From assembly GCA_965206595.1 (NCBI GenBank), contig OZ242214.1:3072001-3136000 (forward strand): a stretch of 64,000 nucleotides of DNA, read 5' to 3'. This stretch comes from Candidatus Latescibacterota bacterium (GTDB lineage Bacteria > Latescibacterota > UBA2968 > UBA8231). The position numbers and the translations under genes were made by a program. The notes under the pieces are model-generated. The model was not told the DNA's origin, did no database searches, and saw nothing but the letters and a program-made list of their open reading frames with translations. This document shows, in pieces, positions 57,927 to 64,000 of the stretch. Every line of letters begins with the position of its first letter. Positions within the stretch are counted from its first letter, which is position 1.

Positions 57927-59189
57927 ATGAAAGTCACCGCAGTCGAACGCATCGTCGTCGACGTCCCCTTCACCCCGCGCCAGCAGGAGATCACGCGCCA
58001 GTCGGTCTACAACTGGTCGATTCTCGAGCTGTGCAAGGTCGTCACCGACAGCGGCCACGTCGGCTGGGGGGAAACCGTCATCCACTACACCTACGGCCGC
58101 GTCACCGACGACACGGTCGCCCGGGCCATCGGGCGCAGCCCCGCGGAGCTGATGAACGAGGACGGCCTCGGCGCCGGCCTGCAGATGGCGCTCTTCGACG
58201 CCGTCGGCAAGATCCTCGAGGTGCCCGTGCATCAGCTGATCGGGCCCAAGGTGCGGGACCGGACCCCGATCTCCTGGTGGTGCAGCCACTCCTCGCCGGA
58301 GAACTGGGCCGCGGAGGCGGCCGCAGCGGTGGAGCACGGGTACACGAGTCTCAAGAACAAGCCGCGGCCCTGGACCGACATCGTCGCCCAGGTCGACGCC
58401 ATCTGCAAGGTGGTGCCGCCGCACTTCCACCTCGACCTCGATCCCAACGGCTCCTGGGAGAACTCCGCCACCGCCGTCCCGATCATGAAGCGGCTCGAGC
58501 GCTTCGAGAACGTCGCCATGTTCGAGACCCCGATACCGCAGGAGGACATCCTCGGCAACCGCCAGATCCGCCGGGCGGTCAACAGACCTGTGGCCATGCA
58601 CTTCGGTTCGCCGCCGTTCACCACCGCGGTGCGGGAGGAGGTATGCGACGGCTTCGTGATCGGCGGCGGCAAGTCCAACACCGTCCACCAGGGAACCTGC
58701 GCCGCCGAAGTCTCGATGCCGTTCTGGCTGCAGATCGTCGGCAACGGACTGACCACCACCTGGGACGCCCATCTCGGGGCGGTGCTGACCCACGCCAAGT
58801 GGCCGGCGATCAGCTGCATCAACCTTTACAGCCACCACCTGCTGACCGAGCCGGTGCGCGTGGTCAACGGCCACCAGCGCGTCCCGGACGGCCCCGGCCT
58901 CGGCGTCGAGGTGGACGAGGAGGCGGTCCAGCGCTTCCGGGTGCCGCAGGAGGTCCTCGACGAGCACGCGAGCCGGGGGGAGCTGTTCATCCACCCGAAA
59001 CCGCGGCTGATCAACGCCGTCGTCTACCCGGACGGCACTTGCATTTACATGGACGGCCTGGCGGCCCCGGGCACCTACGTAGAGGGGGTGCGCACCGAGA
59101 TTCTCGACGACGACGACTCGAAGGAATGGCGGGAGCTGCACGGGCGGGTGCAGCGGGAAGGGCAGGTGGTCAGCCGCTGGGAGGGGTGA
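57927..59189 (+). CDS. Mandelate racemase/muconate lactonizing enzyme family protein
   Basis: MALFDAVGK, LKNKPRP, LDPN, FETP, PGLGVEVD. Confidence 0.88.
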   Translation: MKVTAVERIVVDVPFTPRQQEITRQSVYNWSILELCKVVTDSGHVGWGETVIHYTYGRVTDDTVARAIGRSPAELMNEDGLGAGLQMALFDAVGKILEVPVHQLIGPKVRDRTPISWWCSHSSPENWAAEAAAAVEHGYTSLKNKPRPWTDIVAQVDAICKVVPPHFHLDLDPNGSWENSATAVPIMKRLERFENVAMFETPIPQEDILGNRQIRRAVNRPVAMHFGSPPFTTAVREEVCDGFVIGGGKSNTVHQGTCAAEVSMPFWLQIVGNGLTTTWDAHLGAVLTHAKWPAISCINLYSHHLLTEPVRVVNGHQRVPDGPGLGVEVDEEAVQRFRVPQEVLDEHASRGELFIHPKPRLINAVVYPDGTCIYMDGLAAPGTYVEGVRTEILDDDDSKEWRELHGRVQREGQVVSRWEG

Positions 59190-59338
59190 GGTGGCGGGGG
59201 TCGCAGAGCGCACGAGCCGGCGCCAGATCGAACGGGTGGAACCGCGGGGGGCAGTCGAAACCTGATCCATCCCCGGTAGTTTCCCGGGGGCGGTTTACGC
59301 TATTGAGTATTTTTACTCAGTAGTGTAATTTCCCGGGC

Positions 59339-60616
59339 ATGGAGCCCTTCCAACGCCCCCAGGTCGACACGCTCGTCGAGCGCCTGGCCGAGCCTGCCCG
59401 CCACATCATCGCCCTCTTCGGCCCGCGCCAGACCGGCAAGACCACCATCGCCCGCCAGGCCCTGGGCCGGATCGACCTCGAAAGCCGCTACCTCGCGGTC
59501 GACGAGCCCGAGGTCCCCGGACTCCCCGCCCCGCACGATGAGGATGCGGCCACCTTCCGACTGCACCCGGAGCGGAACTCGGAGTGGCTCGTGCGCCAGT
59601 GGGAAGGGGCCCGGCTCGAGGCGGAACGGTCGCCGCGCGGATCCGTGCTGGTCCTCGACGAGATCCAGAAGATCGAGGGGTGGTCGGAGACCGTGAAGGG
59701 GCTGTGGGACGCCGACCGCATCCGGGACTGCCCCCTGCGCGTGGTCATCCTGGGCTCGGCTCCGCTGCTCATGCAGTCGGGACTGAGCGAGAGCCTCGCC
59801 GGCCGCTTCGAGACCGTCCGCGTCACCCACTGGTCCTTCGCCGAGATGTCCGCGGCCTTCGACTTCGACCTGTCGAAATACCTCTACTTCGGGGGGTATC
59901 CGGGGGCTGCCCCCCTCGTGCGGGACCCCGACCGCTGGCGCGGTTACATCCTCGGCGCCCTCGTGGAGCCGAACATCGAGCGCGACCTCCTGGCCATGAC
60001 CCGGGTCGACAAGCCGGCCCTGCTCAAGCGGCTCTTCCAGCTGGGCGCCGACTGCTCCGGGCAGATCCTGTCATACACCAAGATGCTGGGCCAGCTCAAG
60101 GACGCCGGGAACGCCACGACCCTGGCGCGCTATCTCGACCTGCTGGCCAAGGTCGGTCTGCTCGCCGGCCTGCAGAACTACAGCGGAAGCCCCGTCTCTC
60201 GGCGGAGGTCCATCCCCAAGCTCAACGTGCTCAACACGGCCCTGATGACGGCAGACTCGGCGTACTCCTTCGAGGAGGCGCAGGCCGACCGCACCTACTG
60301 GGGCCGCATCGTCGAGAGCGCGGTGGGCGCGCATCTGTTGAACACTGCCGGGTCCGACATGCACCTGTACTACTGGCGCGACGGTCAGCACGAGGTGGAC
60401 TTCGTCCTGAAGCGGGGTGGCCGCGTCGTAGGCATCGAGGTGAAGAGCGGCAAGGAGCGGCAACCGGCGAGAGGCCGGAGGCCGTTGCCGGGCATGGCTG
60501 CCTTTGAGAAGCGCTTCAAACGCTGCCGATGCCGGCTGGTCGGCGAGGGCGGGATACCGCTCAACGAGTTCCTAACAGCGCCGGCGGATGAGTGGTTCGA
60601 GGAGGCATGGGCGTGA
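59339..60616 (+). CDS. AAA_14 ATPase with DUF4143 (PD-(D/E)XK-like) C-terminus
   Basis: GPRQTGKTT, LDEIQ, LAGRF, FGGYP, YYWRD...EVDFV...IEVKSG. Confidence 0.92.
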   Translation: MEPFQRPQVDTLVERLAEPARHIIALFGPRQTGKTTIARQALGRIDLESRYLAVDEPEVPGLPAPHDEDAATFRLHPERNSEWLVRQWEGARLEAERSPRGSVLVLDEIQKIEGWSETVKGLWDADRIRDCPLRVVILGSAPLLMQSGLSESLAGRFETVRVTHWSFAEMSAAFDFDLSKYLYFGGYPGAAPLVRDPDRWRGYILGALVEPNIERDLLAMTRVDKPALLKRLFQLGADCSGQILSYTKMLGQLKDAGNATTLARYLDLLAKVGLLAGLQNYSGSPVSRRRSIPKLNVLNTALMTADSAYSFEEAQADRTYWGRIVESAVGAHLLNTAGSDMHLYYWRDGQHEVDFVLKRGGRVVGIEVKSGKERQPARGRRPLPGMAAFEKRFKRCRCRLVGEGGIPLNEFLTAPADEWFEEAWA

Positions 60617-63600
60617 TCGTTTCACGCACCTGCACGGAGATTCCGCGAAGGGACGGCAAGCGGCCTCAGCACGGGGAAAGGCAGTCCCGCCCTCTGGAGG
60701 AGTTCCGAGAGGCGCAGGCCTACGTGCTGGTGGGCGACCCCGGCGCCGGCAAGACGACCTCCTTTAAGGCGGAGTGCGCGGCGCTCGGGGAGAAGGCCTG
60801 CCTCGTGACTGCCCGGAACTTCCTGACCTTCGAGCCGAAAGACCATCCCGAGTGGCGCCAGAAGACACTTTTCATCGATGGGTTGGATGAGGTCCGCGCC
60901 GGGTCCGCGGACATCCGCACCCCCTTCGACCAGGTTCGGGGAAAGCTCGACGAACTGGGGAAGCCTCCTTTTCGCCTGTCCTGCCGGGAGGCGGACTGGC
61001 TGGGTGAGAATGATCGAGGGCATCTGGAATCCGTGTCGCCGGATTCGCAGGTGACGGTGCTGCTTCTCGATCCCCTGACGGATGCGGACATTGCCTCGAT
61101 CCTGGACGCGCGGCGGGATATCGACGATGCCAGGGCCTTTTTCGAGGAAGCGAGGCAGCGGGGTGTCGAGGGGCTGCTGGCGAACCCGCAGACCCTGGAA
61201 ATGCTGGCCCTTGCCGTGGGGCGGAGAGATGAGTGGCCGAAGAGCCGCATGCAGACCTTCGAGATGGCCTGCGGCCAGATGGTCCGCGAGCACAACGAGG
61301 AACATCAGGCGGCGCAGGAATCGGGCAGTCCACCTGCGCCCGACCAGCTTCTCGATGCCGCAGGACGTCTCTGTGCGCTTCAACTGATCTCGGGCGGGGC
61401 CGGGTACACGTTGCGCGGGGAACCGGACGAAGAGTACCCCGCTGTGGACCAGTGGGACTACGACCGCCAAGCGCTTCGTTTCGCACTCGCCACCAAGCTG
61501 TTCAAGGGGGCTTACAGCAACCGCTTCTCCCCGGTTCACCGCCACATTGCGGAGTTCCTGGGCGCCCGGCACATCCATGGCCGGCTCCCCGCCCGCCGGG
61601 TCATCGCTCTAATGGCGGGAGGGGACGGCACGGTCGTCACCGAGATGAGAGGCTTGTCCGCCTGGCTGGCGGCCCATTCGAGGGAAGCCCGGGCAGACCT
61701 CATCGAACGGGATCCCATCGGCGTCGGGCTGTACGGGGACATCGGGGAGTTCTCCAACGAGGAGAAAAGGGCGCTTCTGGAATCCCTCAACCGCGAGGGA
61801 TCCCGCCTTGGCCCGCTGTGGAGTTCGGCGGCGGCCTTTCGGGCGCTCGCCGTGCCAGAGTTGGAAACGGTGCTGAGGGAGATCCTTGACGACAGCGACC
61901 GCACTCCGGACCACCAGACGTTCACTGATTTCGTCTTGCGGCTTCTGGACGAAGGTGCCGCTTTGCCGGGCCTTTCTGACATTCTGCTGGACATCGTCCG
62001 CGATGACACGCGGTGGCCTCGCGTCAACACATCGGCCCTCAATGCCTTCATCCACAACTGCCCGGACACCCAGGAGAAAGCCAACGAGTTGAAGTCGCTG
62101 CTGGCTGATATTCGCGCCAGCAGTGTCCCCGATTCCGACAACGAACTTCTCGGAATCCTCCTGTATGAGCTCTATCCCCGGGACCTGTCACCGTCGGAGG
62201 TGTGGAACTTCTACTTTGAGGCAAGGTACCGGAAACCATTTTTCGGCATGTACCACGGGTTTTTCATGCTCGGCCTTCTCGAAAAGTCCTCCGACGGCCA
62301 AGTGGCCGAGCTCCTCGACAGCCTGAGCGGGCGCTTTTCCGACCTGCGCCCAGCACTGGAGATCGGCAGTCGTCTGGAGGACCTTCCTGCGAAACTGCTC
62401 GCCTGGGGCCTGCAAGCGCATGGGGATCAGCTGGCCACAGGGCATCTCTACGACTGGCTTGATCTGGGCTTCAGGGAGAACCTGGGCAGCTTAGCCACCG
62501 GCGACGAAGCCGACATCCAACAGATACGCTCCTGGATGGAGGGTCATCCCGAGATCCAGAAGGCCGTCATCTTGGAGGGCCTGGAGCGCTGTCCCGAGTC
62601 CGAAGACTTCTGGCAGCACGCCTTCGTCGTTGCGGAACGATGGTACGGTGCCAACCCACCGTCCGACTTCGGTCTCTGGTGCCTGAAGCAGTCGGCAGTC
62701 ATGGCAGACGAGAAGCCACTGGCAGCTAAACATCTTCTCGAATCGGCTTTCAAGGCTCATGCCGAAAAGAGGGGCCACGCCGGTCTGTCGCTCGAAGTCC
62801 TGCGGGAACACACGCAGAGGAACGAGACGTTGAAGGCGCAATTGAATCGGTTGCTTGCTCCTCCGTCCACGCCGCGGCAACAGAGATTGCGAGAACGGAC
62901 GCGGACTTTCACCGAGGAACAACGGCTGCGAGAGGAGCAATGGATCGAGCTCATCCGCTCCAACGAAGTCGCGCTGCGCGAGAACCGAGCAGCGCCTGCC
63001 TTGCTTCACCAGATGGCGATCAGGTACTTCGGAAACTCCATCAATGTTCACAGTCAAGGCGGACCGAAGGATATCGAGCAGGAGCTAGGAGATCCGAACT
63101 TGATCGATGCAGCCCTCCTGGGCATCCGCGGAGTTATCGAACGGAAAGACGTTCCAGGAGTTGAGGAAATTCTCGCGCTCAGAGCAGTGGAGCGTATACA
63201 CTGTCTCGGTTTTCCGTTTCTGGCGGCCTTATCAGAAATCGAAAAATCCTCACCAGAGGAGCTATGTCGCCTCGATGAAGATCGGATGCGCAAAGCGCTG
63301 GCATTCCACTTTTCTTTCTCCAGTTCCAACGAGCCCGACTGGTATGGACACCTCCTCGACTCAAACCCTGGTATCGTAGCAGATGTGATGATACAGTCCG
63401 GCAAAGCCGAACTCCGTGGCCGTGGCAAGATTACCGGGCTCTTTGCGCTCGCCCATAGTGAGAATCACGCGCAAGTCGCCAGACACGCGAGCCTGCCCTT
63501 GCTCCGCGCTTTTCCAACTCGCTGCAAACTGAATCAGATCGAGAATCTGAAGCATCTGCTTTGGGCTGCACTACGATATGCGGATAGATCAGCGCTTCAG

Positions 63601-64000
63601 GATCTGATCGAAATGAAGCTATCCCGGAAGAGCATGAACGAAGCCCAGCGCGTGCGTTGGCTGGCTGTGGGCGTCGCCATTTCGCCCACGAGGTACAAGG
63701 CTCTCTTGAATGACTTCTCACAGGGCAACGAGCGCCGGATTTCGCACTTGGCGGAGTTTTTCTGCTTTGAAGATCGTATACAGTATTCGTTCGATGAACT
63801 GGGGATTCCGGTATTGGAGCTTCTCATTCGCCTTGTTGGAAGCTATGTCGGACCGGATCAGAGGCGTGGTGAAGACGCCGATGATGATGATGAGGGCGAG
63901 CTCGTAGGGCCGGAAATGGAAGCCGCATGGCTTGTCTACCGTCTGATCCAACGCCTCGCCGCCTCTCCCACCAAGGAGTCGAGCGATGTGCTGGGTGGGC
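60613..64000 (+). CDS. Large NACHT/STAND-type NTPase (3' partial)
   Basis: GGAGG RBS + GTG overlapping the upstream stop; YVLVGDPGAGKTT, LFIDGLDEVR, RLSCREADW, NPQTLEML, HRHIAEFLGAR. The frame stays open to the window end, so it is absent from the ORF track. Confidence 0.88.
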   Translation, partial: MIVSRTCTEIPRRDGKRPQHGERQSRPLEEFREAQAYVLVGDPGAGKTTSFKAECAALGEKACLVTARNFLTFEPKDHPEWRQKTLFIDGLDEVRAGSADIRTPFDQVRGKLDELGKPPFRLSCREADWLGENDRGHLESVSPDSQVTVLLLDPLTDADIASILDARRDIDDARAFFEEARQRGVEGLLANPQTLEMLALAVGRRDEWPKSRMQTFEMACGQMVREHNEEHQAAQESGSPPAPDQLLDAAGRLCALQLISGGAGYTLRGEPDEEYPAVDQWDYDRQALRFALATKLFKGAYSNRFSPVHRHIAEFLGARHIHGRLPARRVIALMAGGDGTVVTEMRGLSAWLAAHSREARADLIERDPIGVGLYGDIGEFSNEEKRALLESLNREGSRLGPLWSSAAAFRALAVPELETVLREILDDSDRTPDHQTFTDFVLRLLDEGAALPGLSDILLDIVRDDTRWPRVNTSALNAFIHNCPDTQEKANELKSLLADIRASSVPDSDNELLGILLYELYPRDLSPSEVWNFYFEARYRKPFFGMYHGFFMLGLLEKSSDGQVAELLDSLSGRFSDLRPALEIGSRLEDLPAKLLAWGLQAHGDQLATGHLYDWLDLGFRENLGSLATGDEADIQQIRSWMEGHPEIQKAVILEGLERCPESEDFWQHAFVVAERWYGANPPSDFGLWCLKQSAVMADEKPLAAKHLLESAFKAHAEKRGHAGLSLEVLREHTQRNETLKAQLNRLLAPPSTPRQQRLRERTRTFTEEQRLREEQWIELIRSNEVALRENRAAPALLHQMAIRYFGNSINVHSQGGPKDIEQELGDPNLIDAALLGIRGVIERKDVPGVEEILALRAVERIHCLGFPFLAALSEIEKSSPEELCRLDEDRMRKALAFHFSFSSSNEPDWYGHLLDSNPGIVADVMIQSGKAELRGRGKITGLFALAHSENHAQVARHASLPLLRAFPTRCKLNQIENLKHLLWAALRYADRSALQDLIEMKLSRKSMNEAQRVRWLAVGVAISPTRYKALLNDFSQGNERRISHLAEFFCFEDRIQYSFDELGIPVLELLIRLVGSYVGPDQRRGEDADDDDEGELVGPEMEAAWLVYRLIQRLAASPTKESSDVLGG

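Noticed and set aside
60622-63951. Many short ORFs listed at the right end
   Set aside because: All overlap one uninterrupted plus-strand NACHT frame that has no stop inside the window.
1-64000. CRISPR arrays, tRNA/rRNA genes, IS elements, prophage, DGR or retron
   Set aside because: Reading by eye I found no spaced direct repeats, cloverleaf signatures, or transposase, integrase or reverse transcriptase motifs. Short ncRNAs could have been missed.

Overview
High-GC bacterial chromosomal window. The FlgD-like C-terminal sorting tail, the many PhyH dioxygenases, Gfo/Idh/MocA, enolase-superfamily and sugar-ABC genes suggest a Latescibacterota/Poribacteria-like, possibly sponge-associated organism; this is inference only. 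Main blocks: (1) 4.4-18.2 kb is a type I R-M defence island. Its HsdR carries a C-terminal Schlafen/AlbA_2 domain and a 1-nt frameshift. The hsdM-hsdS-hsdR genes are interleaved with an ABC-ATPase+DUF4276 (PARIS-like) pair, AbiEi/AbiEii, a broken RelBE-like pair and a Fic gene, and a NucS-like/EVE-like nuclease gene leads the operon. (2) 18-35 kb and 42.5-52 kb hold catabolic genes, including a PhnY/PhnZ-like pair, a sugar ABC transporter and six PhyH genes or remnants. (3) 35.2-42.4 kb is a compact nurA-herA-sbcD(mre11)-sbcC(rad50) operon. (4) 52.3-54.5 kb is McrBC with an internally deleted mcrC. (5) 59.3-64 kb is an AAA_14/DUF4143 ATPase coupled to a >1100-aa NACHT/STAND NTPase that runs off the window. 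At least five deletion scars and two 1-nt frameshifts are visible. I saw no rRNA, tRNA, CRISPR array, integrase or transposase. All family calls come from motif recognition by eye, not from database searches.
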